Part shown: one piece after another, positions 26,968 through 35,683 of the stretch
How positions within the stretch are numbered: the first letter of the stretch is position 1
Layout: each line of letters starts with the position of its first letter
IMG/VR virus record: IMGVR_UViG_3300011437_000003
Location: 1 to 53,274 of that record
Length of the DNA: 53,274 nt
Reading direction: 5' to 3' (one strand)
DNA from: a virus
Taxonomy: Duplodnaviria > Caudoviricetes
Position numbers and translations under genes: made by a program
The notes under the pieces: generated by a model
Databases searched by the model: none
Seen by the model: the letters and a program-made list of their open reading frames with translations, nothing else
What the model was told of the DNA's origin: nothing

Positions 26968-27041
26968 TGGCTGCCCGGCCCGGCGTCGATCCGGGGCCCT
27001 CGGCTTCAAAGACCGCTGCTCTGCCACTGAGCTACCGGGCA
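26968..27041 (-). tRNA. tRNA-Gln(TTG), atypical T-loop
   Basis: Acceptor TGCCCGG/CCGGGCA plus GCCA; D-arm GCTC/GAGC; anticodon loop CTTTGAA; T-arm CCCGG-ATCGACG-CCGGG. Confidence 0.88.
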
Positions 27042-27052
27042 CTGAGGTTCGC

Positions 27053-27260
27053 GCTCGCGGGCCGGGCTTGACACCGGCTTGCCGGACTTGAACCGGCAGA
27101 ACGAACACCGGGAGTTACCCGGCACGCCCGTCCCCGACGTCCTGTCTACCGGCGTGAAAACCCGGGGCGAAGGCCTGACCAAGGGGATTCACTACCCCCG
27201 CGCGCATCAGCTGACCCCGGGCCGTTCTCCGGTCGCGTGTCCTTCCACGCCGCCGCGAGC
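27053..27260 (-). ncRNA. Large tRNA-like structured RNA (208 nt), unknown family
   Basis: Ends pair GCTCGCGG/CCGCGAGC; D-like hairpin GCGTG-GAAGGA-CACGC; two T-like hairpins at the 3' end; extended internal stems. Confidence 0.65.
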
Positions 27261-27265
27261 ACGCT

Positions 27266-27444
27266 CTGTTCGGTTGTAAGTGAGGCCGGAAGCCTACCCC
27301 CGCTGCTTTGCGCCGCAACGCCAGCCTTCGCAGGAGAGCTTCGGACGACCTCACGCCTATTCGGTTGTCGGGACCCGGCAGCACGCTCCTCCGCTCACCC
27401 CGGACCATGTACCGGCTCAGCGGCGGTTGTTACTGCCGGGTCCC
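27266..27444 (-). ncRNA. Two further structured elements with two ACAACCGAA(C/T)AG motifs
   Basis: 12-bp stem 27370-27381/27433-27444; GTGAGG/CCTCAC-closed element 27280-27354; repeated motif at 27266-27277 and 27357-27368. Confidence 0.5.
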
Positions 27445-27471
27445 TGGCTGGCCCGTTCGAAGACCCACCTC

Positions 27472-27501
27472 CTTATAGCACAGCCCCGACCCAGGGCGCA
27501 A
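27472..27501 (-). promoter_or_regulatory. Promoter of the ncRNA/tRNA operon
   Basis: TTGCGC-18 nt-TATAAG with extended -10 TG. Confidence 0.55.
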
Positions 27502-28004
27502 CCCTTCTTCAGAACTATACACCTGATAAGTACATGGGTCTGGAGCCGAGTTGTACCTCAGGGGCGGGGACCCCGACGCGAAGCGGCCGGCGCCGGCAAC
27601 CAGCGCCTGCCAAATTGACACAAAGTACTCCAGAGAGGTGCGCGATTTTTTGCGGGGCTTCGCGACCCCACGCGACCAGCAAGGGGGGCTCCCCCACCCC
27701 TCCCGCGAGGCGCGAGGGTGGCCCGGCGCCCGTTTCGTCAGCGTTGGTAGGGGTTTGTGCCCCGTCGAGCGCCGAGCCGTGGCCCGGCCCGGACCCGCGA
27801 GCCGCAGGCGTCGGGCCTCCGGCGAGCCGCAATCCAGTATACTAGCGTCAGGTAGCCACGGTCACCGTAACCTCGCGCCGTATTGGCGCAATTCGCCGTG
27901 TGCTCTCAGAACATACCTCGGTTCTGCCGGGGCATATCCCCGCGTGTCCAAAGGCGAAACTACTAACAGTACTCGGTTTCGAGCATGGTCGGCCGCGCCT
28001 GTCT

Positions 28005-28055
28005 GTTTGTTGTTTGTCACTACACACACACACCACACACACACAAACAACAAAC
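28005..28055. repeat. 13-bp inverted repeat around a (CA)n loop in the divergent intergenic region
   Basis: GTTTGTTGTTTGT (28005-28017) and ACAAACAACAAAC (28043-28055). Confidence 0.8.
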
Positions 28056-28150
28056 CAAGATCCGGGCCCGGCCCGGCCGACCCCACTCAAAACTCAGTAC
28101 TCACGGCGTTTCGGCTGTGTCGGCGGGGGTTTGAGGCCCGGCGAAACTCA

Positions 28151-28179
28151 TTGACATTGCGGGACGCATGCTGTAGATT
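28151..28179 (+). promoter_or_regulatory. Early sigma70-like promoter
   Basis: TTGACA-17-TAGATT; ATG 8 nt downstream. Confidence 0.75.
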
Positions 28180-28187
28180 GCCGAGCT

Positions 28188-28622
28188 ATGACGCCTACAT
28201 ACGGACGTGCAGGACTTCAACGCAAGTATACCGGCGCCGTCCCCGCGCCAGATTCCCCACTCGAAACGCGCCTCAACGCGGTTCGGGCAGAGCTTTTGCA
28301 ACTGCGGATCATCCCGGCGCCGCTGCGCACGCCGGCAGAGCGGACCATCCTTCGTGCCCTCAAGCGTGAAGAGCTGACCCTGACCCCGCGAGTGCTCACG
28401 CGCAACCCGCGGTGGCGCTCCGCACTGCAACGGTCGAGTGTGTACCGGGCTACGCTGACGCGCCAGGCCCGCGCAGTCGCCGCGGAGCGCCTCGCGGCGG
28501 ACCGGGAGGATATCGCGGCCCTCCGGGCGGAAGTAGCTCGCCTGAGCGCCATGGTGACGCCCTCGGCGCCCGCCGTGCGAATTGACGCGCCGCGGCTTGA
28601 CCCTACCGATGATCGGCGGTAA
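28188..28622 (+). CDS. Early hypothetical protein (basic, coiled coil)
   Basis: First ORF after the promoter. Confidence 0.6.
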   Translation: MTPTYGRAGLQRKYTGAVPAPDSPLETRLNAVRAELLQLRIIPAPLRTPAERTILRALKREELTLTPRVLTRNPRWRSALQRSSVYRATLTRQARAVAAERLAADREDIAALRAEVARLSAMVTPSAPAVRIDAPRLDPTDDRR

Positions 28623-28631
28623 GGTAACGAC

Positions 28632-28877
28632 ATGAAGCACTCGGACCCGCACCCACCGTCGGAGGATCAGCGAGAGACGGTCGGTGCGACCGGTGTGGGC
28701 CACGCGCTCAGCGGAGGTAAGACGTCGGCCCCGCGCAACGCACCCCAACGATGGCAACGTGGCGACGTCGTGAGACTGCGGGATCTGCGCCAGTTTGGCG
28801 GAGACCTGGAATGGCACGACGTGAACCGAGCACGCAACGCACCGACCAGCGGACGTCAACGGGAGCACGGTCCATGA
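28632..28877 (+). CDS. Hypothetical protein
   Basis: 81 aa, coupled to the next gene. Confidence 0.4.
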   Translation: MKHSDPHPPSEDQRETVGATGVGHALSGGKTSAPRNAPQRWQRGDVVRLRDLRQFGGDLEWHDVNRARNAPTSGRQREHGP

Positions 28878-29668
28878 ACACGAACATCGCAGGCGACACG
28901 AAGCGACATCCTATCCTCGACACGACTGGCACGGTCCGGAAATGGCTCACCACCGGCCGCGGAGTCGCCGTCTGGACGTCACACGACATCAGAGCCGGAC
29001 GCGCGCTCACGCCAGCGGACCACGTATGCGAACAGCGGCTCACGTGCGCCAGCGTCAACGCGGTACCGCTCTGCCGCAAGCCGCATTGGGCGTACATGCC
29101 CGAACGTGCGTTGCTCACGGTCGATGACGCGCTGTTCTACCTGCCCGGGCGGATCGTCAAGTCATGGACCGATGGCCCCGCCGGCTACAAGGCCGCCTAC
29201 CGTGCCCTCGCAAAGTACCCCGACGAAACCCGCGAGGCGCCTATCGGCACCGTGTACACGACGTACGCTTTGCATCGCTACGCCATGGTGTCAGCGCAGA
29301 TCAGCCCGGACGGGACGGTGCTGGATACCTACGGAGCACCGCTCGCTCCCGACGCCACGGGGCCCGCGATCCCCACGGACGTGGAACACCGCATCGGCAT
29401 TCGCATGTGGAACGCGATCGACCATGCGCCCGCAACGGGAAACGCAAAGCGAGGCGCGCCACTCCGGCCGATCGCCAGCGGTGCGTACCCCGGCATTCGC
29501 CCGCTCTGCGTCTGTGGGCACTACGACGCGAGTCACGAAGCCCTCATGAACCATCCTGGAGTGCCCGATGCGGGTCCCTGTCATGCGCCCGTCGCCGGCT
29601 ACGGCACGCGCTGCGACTGCCAGGCGTTCGTGGATCGCAACACGACGCTTGACAACGACAACGGATAA
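28874..29668 (+). CDS. Early hypothetical protein with Cys/His clusters
   Basis: ATG 28874 with GGGAG RBS; C-terminal C.CGH...H...C...C.C..F motif. Confidence 0.6.
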   Translation: MNTNIAGDTKRHPILDTTGTVRKWLTTGRGVAVWTSHDIRAGRALTPADHVCEQRLTCASVNAVPLCRKPHWAYMPERALLTVDDALFYLPGRIVKSWTDGPAGYKAAYRALAKYPDETREAPIGTVYTTYALHRYAMVSAQISPDGTVLDTYGAPLAPDATGPAIPTDVEHRIGIRMWNAIDHAPATGNAKRGAPLRPIASGAYPGIRPLCVCGHYDASHEALMNHPGVPDAGPCHAPVAGYGTRCDCQAFVDRNTTLDNDNG

Positions 29669-29677
29669 GCGTACAGT
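29649..29677 (+). promoter_or_regulatory. Early sigma70-like promoter (leaderless transcript)
   Basis: TTGACA-17-TACAGT; ATG at 29684. Confidence 0.75.
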
Positions 29678-29683
29678 ACGGAC

Positions 29684-29977
29684 ATGACGCACACACGGAA
29701 GTTCACGGAGGGCACCATGAACAGCATCCTGACGGTTACGATCCGCGACGGCGAGACCTACTACAAGGCACGGCTGACCCGGCGCCAAGTCTCGCTGTGG
29801 GACAACGGTGCCATGGTGTCCTGTGGTCTCACGGTCGGGGAAGGCCGGTTCAAGGCGGCTAGCCTACGGACCTTGCAGGCGCAAGGCCGCGTGCAGCCAA
29901 TCGACCGCGAGACTTACCTGCACTCCGGGTGTCAGTCGTCGTGTGTCCGGCGTGGCGGAAGCATCTGCCGCTGGTAA
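29684..29977 (+). CDS. Hypothetical protein
   Basis: 97 aa directly after the promoter. Confidence 0.55.
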   Translation: MTHTRKFTEGTMNSILTVTIRDGETYYKARLTRRQVSLWDNGAMVSCGLTVGEGRFKAASLRTLQAQGRVQPIDRETYLHSGCQSSCVRRGGSICRW

Positions 29978-30021
29978 CGCCCGAACGAGTCGTGAACCCA
30001 CGGAAGTCAACGGAGGATGAC

Positions 30022-30735
30022 ATGACCACCAACACCTACGCCTCAACCCAGCACCCGGTCCCCGGCGGGTTCATCGAGTCCGCCACGGTCACGCACGAAG
30101 GCCGCGCGTACACGAGCGGCGGAGCCGTCGTCACGGATGACGTGCTGGCCTGCTACCCGAGGGCGCCGCTTGCCGGTGGGCCGGTGCCGTCGGGCGAAAG
30201 GGGGGAGGTAGCCATGGGTGACATGTCACAGCCAAAGTGGGAATTGATCGACAACCTCGGGGACGCCTCCCCGATCGACTACGGCGGGTATTTCGTCTTT
30301 CGGGATACCACCGGAGTCTACGAAGCCGAAGCCGAGCTACTAGAATCCCCGGACGACGACGACTCACCGGAAGGCTGGACAGTCCACCGGATCGTCCTGG
30401 CCCGCTGCACGTTGACGGACGGCATCCTCAGTGACAACCCGGCTCATCCGCTGTACCCGGCATGGTTTGCCACGCCAGAGGAACGGCGCGCGACCCGTCC
30501 GCAGGACACTACGTATCTGGCCAACGTCGCGCGCACCATGGATTACCCGCTTGACGAGTTGACCGAGGATTTGTGCTCGGCAGATCCGATCGACCGGGCC
30601 AACGCCTACCGGGCCATCGGCGACTATCACGGGTGGGCGAACCTGGACAGCTACCCGCTCACGTTCCACAATCGGGCCGAAGTCGAGGCCCGATACAAGG
30701 ACGTGCTGGGGGGAGGTAAGCCATGTTCCACCTAA
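30022..30735 (+). CDS. Acidic early hypothetical protein
   Basis: GGAGG RBS; a second in-frame start with GGAGG at about 30214. Confidence 0.6.
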   Translation: MTTNTYASTQHPVPGGFIESATVTHEGRAYTSGGAVVTDDVLACYPRAPLAGGPVPSGERGEVAMGDMSQPKWELIDNLGDASPIDYGGYFVFRDTTGVYEAEAELLESPDDDDSPEGWTVHRIVLARCTLTDGILSDNPAHPLYPAWFATPEERRATRPQDTTYLANVARTMDYPLDELTEDLCSADPIDRANAYRAIGDYHGWANLDSYPLTFHNRAEVEARYKDVLGGGKPCST

Positions 30736-30902
30736 CGCTGACCGGCCCGCTCGCAGGTACCCCGTTCTGTGGCGTCGACAAGGCCACAGCACGCGAACGC
30801 GGCGAGACGTTCATGCACGTACCGTATACGAACGCGAACGCCGTGCTGGCCCGGCCCGACCTTTGCCCAGCATGCGCCAAAGCATGGGAGGATGCGCGAT
30901 GA
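30723..30902 (+). CDS. Small Cys-containing protein (59 aa)
   Basis: GGAGG RBS; FCG...H...CPAC. Confidence 0.55.
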   Translation: MFHLTLTGPLAGTPFCGVDKATARERGETFMHVPYTNANAVLARPDLCPACAKAWEDAR

Positions 30903-31378
30903 GCACCCACGCTGTCGAACGCGAACGGTTCCAAACCCGCATGGAACACGAGGGCATGCCCCGCGCCGTGTCCGCCCGCATCCTCCGACACGCGCAGACC
31001 GTGCAGCGGCTCGCCGAGCTGGCCTGTTCGAGTGAAGCGGCGGACCGGGACCAAGTGCCCTGCCCTGAAACAGGTTTTGCCGTCGAAAACTGCCTGTGTC
31101 GTGACTACGGATCGTTCGATCAAACTGTGGCGCACTGTGGACGCCCAGGCGCTGCCCACGGCACCGTCCCCCGCTACATGGTCCAGAACGCGCGAGCGAA
31201 GCGGCTGATCCGGGAGTGGTGCGAGAAGGCCCAGCACGTTCCCGAGAACAGCGGACGCATCGCTCACTTCGTCCCCGTGTTCTCCGGTGGCCCCCGCGGC
31301 GCCTGTGTCAAGATCCGGGTCCCGAGCGGCGCCACCGACGACTGGGGCCAGACCGGCATTTGCGTGCCGACGCGATGA
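30899..31378 (+). CDS. Hypothetical phage protein
   Basis: ATGA coupling; GPRGACVKI motif. Confidence 0.6.
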   Translation: MSTHAVERERFQTRMEHEGMPRAVSARILRHAQTVQRLAELACSSEAADRDQVPCPETGFAVENCLCRDYGSFDQTVAHCGRPGAAHGTVPRYMVQNARAKRLIREWCEKAQHVPENSGRIAHFVPVFSGGPRGACVKIRVPSGATDDWGQTGICVPTR

Positions 31379-31707
31379 CGCCTTGTTGGCACAACCGATT
31401 CTCTCTTGTCGACGTACCGTGCCCTCGCGAGGGCACTTGGCGCGGGACCGAAACCGCGCTCGACGGAGCTGCGCAACGGATGTACTGGTGTGACAAGCAC
31501 AAGCACCCGAACGATGTACCGGTGGCGAAGGACGAACCGTGAACCTGCACTCGATGGGCACGTGCGGATGGCTGTACCCGAGGCCCCCGTACATGCCCTG
31601 CGGAGCCTACGCGCCGCTCTGGCGCGTGCGCTACCCGGACGGACGCATCGGCTACTTCTGCAAGCATCATGCGAGATATGAGACGGTGAGCGGGTACGCG
31701 ATATGGC

Positions 31708-31736
31708 TTGACAGTGATCGTGGATAAGTGTACAGT
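31708..31736 (+). promoter_or_regulatory. Early sigma70-like promoter
   Basis: TTGACA-17-TACAGT. Confidence 0.75.
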
Positions 31737-31786
31737 CCGACGTAGCACAACCTAGTCCGCCGCAAGGCGAGAGACAGGAGACCGAC

Positions 31787-32344
31787 ATGGCCACGAAGCG
31801 CACCGCCGAACAGCTCACTGCCCTCGATCGCCTACGCGCCTTGCTCCCGCCCGGGAGCACCGTGTGGACCACCGTCAAGCACGTCTCCCGAAGCGGCATG
31901 TCGCGCGTGATCGACGCGCGCGTGATCCAGAACGACGAGCCGCAATGGCTCAGCGGGTACATCGCTCGCGCTGGCCTCTTCCCGTTCGACCCGAAGCGAG
32001 ACGCGCTGCGGGTCGACGGCACCGGCATGGACATGACATTTCTCGTGACGTATAGGCTGGCCCAGGCCCTGTACCCGGACGGCTTCGGCTGCATCGGGCG
32101 CGGAGACTTCGCCGGTCATGTCGAGCGGGGTCCCTGCCCCAGCAACGCCCACGCGAACGGGGATCGGGATTACACGCCGCACGGCGCCGTGACCGGATGT
32201 CAGCAACGCCGTTGCGTGTGTCACGATCCCTCAATCCAACAGAGGATGTCGACCGAGGGCACATTCTGCTCAACCTGCGGCTGTTCGCCAAAGGCGCACT
32301 GGCACCGCTCCGGTGGTTATGCGCTGCGGAATAGGAACCTGTGA
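31787..32344 (+). CDS. Conserved phage hypothetical protein
   Basis: AGGAG RBS; HVSRSGMSR and G.GMDM.F motifs. Confidence 0.7.
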   Translation: MATKRTAEQLTALDRLRALLPPGSTVWTTVKHVSRSGMSRVIDARVIQNDEPQWLSGYIARAGLFPFDPKRDALRVDGTGMDMTFLVTYRLAQALYPDGFGCIGRGDFAGHVERGPCPSNAHANGDRDYTPHGAVTGCQQRRCVCHDPSIQQRMSTEGTFCSTCGCSPKAHWHRSGGYALRNRNL

Positions 32345-32501
32345 TGGCCCCCGTACACCTCTACCAACTCAACCTCGGTCGCCCCGGCAAGATCGCCGTG
32401 TGCCCCGTGAACACGACACGGGAGCACACGACCAGTGAACCCGCGAAAGTCACGTGCAAGAGCTGCCTTGCGTGGCTTCGTAAGAGGGGAGTGATCCGCT
32501 G

Positions 32502-32684
32502 ATGGAATTCGTGATGACGGTCAACATGGACAACGCGGCGTTCGACGATGATGAAGAGATTGGTCGATGCCTATCTCGCGTCAAGACCGTCGTTTTACAG
32601 ACGGTGGGCGCTGGGGCAGACCAACACGGCGCCATCCTCGACTCCAACGGCAACCGCGTGGGCTCATGGGAGATCCGGGCATGA
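32502..32684 (+). CDS. Small hypothetical protein
   Basis: DNAAF...DSNGNRVG motif. Confidence 0.6.
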   Translation: MEFVMTVNMDNAAFDDDEEIGRCLSRVKTVVLQTVGAGADQHGAILDSNGNRVGSWEIRA

Positions 32685-32971
32685 GCCGGCGCAAACCCGA
32701 CCTCACCTACGTCGTCTTCCGCCGCTGGCGGGACAACGGCGACCTCATCGCCTTGTTCCCGGACATCGCCTTGTTCCCGGACATTCCCGAGGCCGAGGAT
32801 TTCGTGCTGTCCTACATGCACATGGGCCAGCATGGGGGCGCCGACTACAATGGCGTGATCCGACTGTCAGACCCGGTAGACCCGACCGCACCGGACGTGC
32901 TCGCGCTGCTCGCGGAACTGCGGAGCATCGGGTACAAACTCGCGGTCACGACACGGAGGCCCCGACGATGA
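32681..32971 (+). CDS. Conserved phage hypothetical protein with an 18-bp tandem duplication
   Basis: VVFRRW...IALFP...SYMH.GQH motif; IALFPD repeated twice (32746-32784). Confidence 0.65.
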   Translation: MSRRKPDLTYVVFRRWRDNGDLIALFPDIALFPDIPEAEDFVLSYMHMGQHGGADYNGVIRLSDPVDPTAPDVLALLAELRSIGYKLAVTTRRPRR

Positions 32972-33141
32972 GCCGTCGTCGCCTCACCGACCTCGCCGCC
33001 CACGCCTGCGCCGTCGCCCTCGTCGCCGCGTTCGCCTGGTTGTTCGTCGTGGCGATGCTCGGCGGGTGCGCCTGGCGCGTCGGCCCGAACCCGGAGCGGC
33101 CCGGGGTCACGTGGACACAGCCGCAGCGAGCGCAACCATGA
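32968..33141 (+). CDS. Small early lipoprotein
   Basis: MSRRR...hydrophobic...MLGG|C lipobox. Confidence 0.55.
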   Translation: MSRRRLTDLAAHACAVALVAAFAWLFVVAMLGGCAWRVGPNPERPGVTWTQPQRAQP

Positions 33142-33294
33142 GGCGTACCCGCCTTGAACGTCTACGGTTTCGCTTGGCGTGCTGGTGGGACACGGCGCTG
33201 TGGCGCGCCCGCCTAAGATGCGCCGCATGTGGGCATTGGCATTGGAGCCGGTTTCGATGCGGGGTCGGCAGCGTGCGGGCCCATCGATTTCCCC

Positions 33295-33323
33295 TTGACA
33301 ACGATCACGAACAAGCGTAGATT
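33295..33323 (+). promoter_or_regulatory. Early sigma70-like promoter (leaderless transcript)
   Basis: TTGACA-17-TAGATT; ATG at 33330. Confidence 0.75.
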
Positions 33324-33329
33324 CCCCGT

Positions 33330-33539
33330 ATGCCCACCGAACCCCGCGACCTCGAATCTTGGATCGGCCGGACCGTCCGCGTGCCTACGTCCATCGGCTA
33401 CCTCAACGGCCACGTCCGGGTCGACATGACCGTGACGCACGTCAAGGTGTCGTTCGGCGTCCCACGGCTACTGGTCCGTCCGGTTTCCGGGGTCGGGGAC
33501 GCCTGGATTAACCTCGAAACCGTCACACGGGAAGGGTAG
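33330..33539 (+). CDS. Small SH3-like hypothetical protein
   Basis: VK.SFG..R.LVRPVSG.G..W pattern. Confidence 0.6.
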   Translation: MPTEPRDLESWIGRTVRVPTSIGYLNGHVRVDMTVTHVKVSFGVPRLLVRPVSGVGDAWINLETVTREG

Positions 33540-33549
33540 GAACGCCCCC

Positions 33550-33957
33550 ATGAACCACACCGAATTCGCCACAGGGCTCCGCGCCATCGCGGATTGGATC
33601 GAAGCGCACCCCGAGGTGCCGATTCAGTTCAGACGAAGCCTCACCTTCGGGGTCGAAGATTCCCGCGAGAACGCGGTCCTCGCGGCGCGCGCCCTCGGCC
33701 ACTGCGACAAGCGCATGGAAGATACCATGTTCAAGCTGGCGCGTCCGTTCGGCGCAATCGAGCTACAGCTCCTGTTCTGGCGTGCCACCGTCTGCGAGCG
33801 GCGTGTGGTCGGGACCCGCCAAATCCCCGAACACCACAGCCCGGCTAGCACGGAGGAAATCGTCGAGTGGGATTGCCATCCGATCTTCGGAGGCGCCGCG
33901 GAACCCGTTGTACCTGTCGTCGCGGACAACACGGCTGACGACGACGTTCCGTTCTAA
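33550..33957 (+). CDS. Hypothetical protein ending in DDDVPF
   Basis: 135 aa; VCERRVVGT...EWDC motif; SSB-like acidic tail. Confidence 0.65.
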   Translation: MNHTEFATGLRAIADWIEAHPEVPIQFRRSLTFGVEDSRENAVLAARALGHCDKRMEDTMFKLARPFGAIELQLLFWRATVCERRVVGTRQIPEHHSPASTEEIVEWDCHPIFGGAAEPVVPVVADNTADDDVPF

Positions 33958-33971
33958 GGAGGAACGTCCCC

Positions 33972-34157
33972 ATGCTCATCGTTGCGCACCGCGGCTTGTT
34001 ACCCTACGAGATTCTATGGATCGAGCCGATCGGAGACACGCGCTACTACAGCGTACAAGCCCTCGTCTATGGTAGCGTCATTTCGGTTCCGTTCACCGCG
34101 GCGAGGGAAGAACTCGCACCGCTGGTGAACGTGTGGCCGGCGCAGCCGGCGGCGTAA
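33972..34157 (+). CDS. Hypothetical protein
   Basis: AAGGAGG RBS. Confidence 0.6.
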   Translation: MLIVAHRGLLPYEILWIEPIGDTRYYSVQALVYGSVISVPFTAAREELAPLVNVWPAQPAA

Positions 34158-34506
34158 TGCCCCGCCCGTGGCGCCGCTCTCTCGACGACCTCGCGGCGAA
34201 CGAGCCGGACCCGCACGCTGACTGCCCGCGCTGCCAAGAGTGCGGCGTGGACCTCGACTGCGTCGGCTGCGCGTGCGAACCCGTGCGAGAGCAGGAGGAC
34301 GATGATGAGACCCGACGCGCGGACGCCCCACGAGGCCGACAGAGGTGAAGTCCACCGTGATAACAGCCACGCTGTTCCGCCAGAAGCGGTGCGGCGCCCG
34401 CCCGGGCCCGGGCCGGCGGTGGCACCCGACACCGGGCCAGCCTCCAAAGAACGGTCGAACTCGCCAGTAGGCGAGCGTGGGGACGCGCGGACGCAGGAGG
34501 CGAGCG

Positions 34507-35112
34507 ATGAAGTCATTTGAACATCGCCGCCGAGCCCTGAACCGGCAGATGCTCCCGCACACGCTGGTAGGGCATCCCGCTGCCGCCGTGCTGTCGGCAG
34601 TTGGGCTTCTGGCGATGGCGGACGCGATCCACTACCGCACGCTGCCGCGACGAGCCAGGAGGCGCCTTGCGCCTGAGTCAGTAACGTTCTCGCACAACCG
34701 ACGACTGTTCTGGGCGGATCTCATCTGGACGCCGCTATGTTCTATGGCCCGGGCGGTGGGTTGGCACCGCGTGGCGGAAACGCTGTTCTTGATCGGTCCG
34801 TGGAAAACATCCCTCGCTCTCGGCGGATGCGGCTACATGCCCGCTCCTTCACGGGCCGAGATGGCGGAAGACGCCGAGCGGGCAGAACGCCAGCGTCGTG
34901 AAGAAGCGGCGGCTGAGAGGGCGTTCAGGCGCCACGGCGCGCGGATCACTCTCGGGTGTGGATGCGTACACGTGATCTTCCGGCGGTCAACACAGGTTCC
35001 CCGAACGGGATTAGGGAGCGGACAGCGGCCACGACAGGGTCACGAGGCGCGATGGCCTACGTGCCAAGGCTGGACGAGTATCACGAAGGTCGAGACCCCC
35101 GATGCCCACTGA
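34507..35112 (+). CDS. Hypothetical protein
   Basis: AGGAGG RBS before ATG 34507. Confidence 0.5.
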   Translation: MKSFEHRRRALNRQMLPHTLVGHPAAAVLSAVGLLAMADAIHYRTLPRRARRRLAPESVTFSHNRRLFWADLIWTPLCSMARAVGWHRVAETLFLIGPWKTSLALGGCGYMPAPSRAEMAEDAERAERQRREEAAAERAFRRHGARITLGCGCVHVIFRRSTQVPRTGLGSGQRPRQGHEARWPTCQGWTSITKVETPDAH

Positions 35113-35683
35113 CCCGAGCCGGGAACCGAGCGCGTGGGCACGAAAGCTCATCGACGGCGCGCGAGCCGACTGTGACCACGCCGCCGAAGGGTCGATCTGC
35201 GAACGATGCGCCGCCCTCGCCATCGACGCCGCCGTGGCCGACCGCGACGCGCTGATCGGAGCGAAGGATGATGCACTGCGCGAGATCAAGGCGCTTGTCT
35301 GTGGCCAGTGGCCGACTCCGCTACCAGAGGGTGCACCGTACCGACTCCTTTCGATAGCGGACCGAGTTGACGCCGCCCTCGCCCTCATCGCGAAGGACCG
35401 GGCGGCGCTGGTCGAAGAGCGGGACGGGCTGAAGCGTCGAGCGGAACACGTCGAGGCCCTGCTGTTCGATGAGCGGGATTCGGTCGATAGCCTCGGCGAG
35501 CAGATCGCCACCCTCCGCGCTGACCTGACGCGGGCGCGGGAGGAGCGGGATGCTGCTCTGACCGACGCGCGGAATGCATGGGCCGCCCAGCGCGGGGCCT
35601 TCCATCGAGCTGAGCTTCGACGCCAAGTAATCGAAGTGCTCACCCTCGCCCCACCCGACGCGCGCGACGGGGAGACGACGTGA
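35102..35683 (+). CDS. Coiled-coil early protein (Ead/Ea22-like)
   Basis: Long Ala/Glu/Arg heptads. Confidence 0.55.
   Translation: MPTDPSREPSAWARKLIDGARADCDHAAEGSICERCAALAIDAAVADRDALIGAKDDALREIKALVCGQWPTPLPEGAPYRLLSIADRVDAALALIAKDRAALVEERDGLKRRAEHVEALLFDERDSVDSLGEQIATLRADLTRAREERDAALTDARNAWAAQRGAFHRAELRRQVIEVLTLAPPDARDGETT

Noticed and set aside
27053-27260. tmRNA
   Set aside because: No alanine-identity G3:U70 pair, no CCA, no tag reading frame evident, and shorter than typical tmRNA
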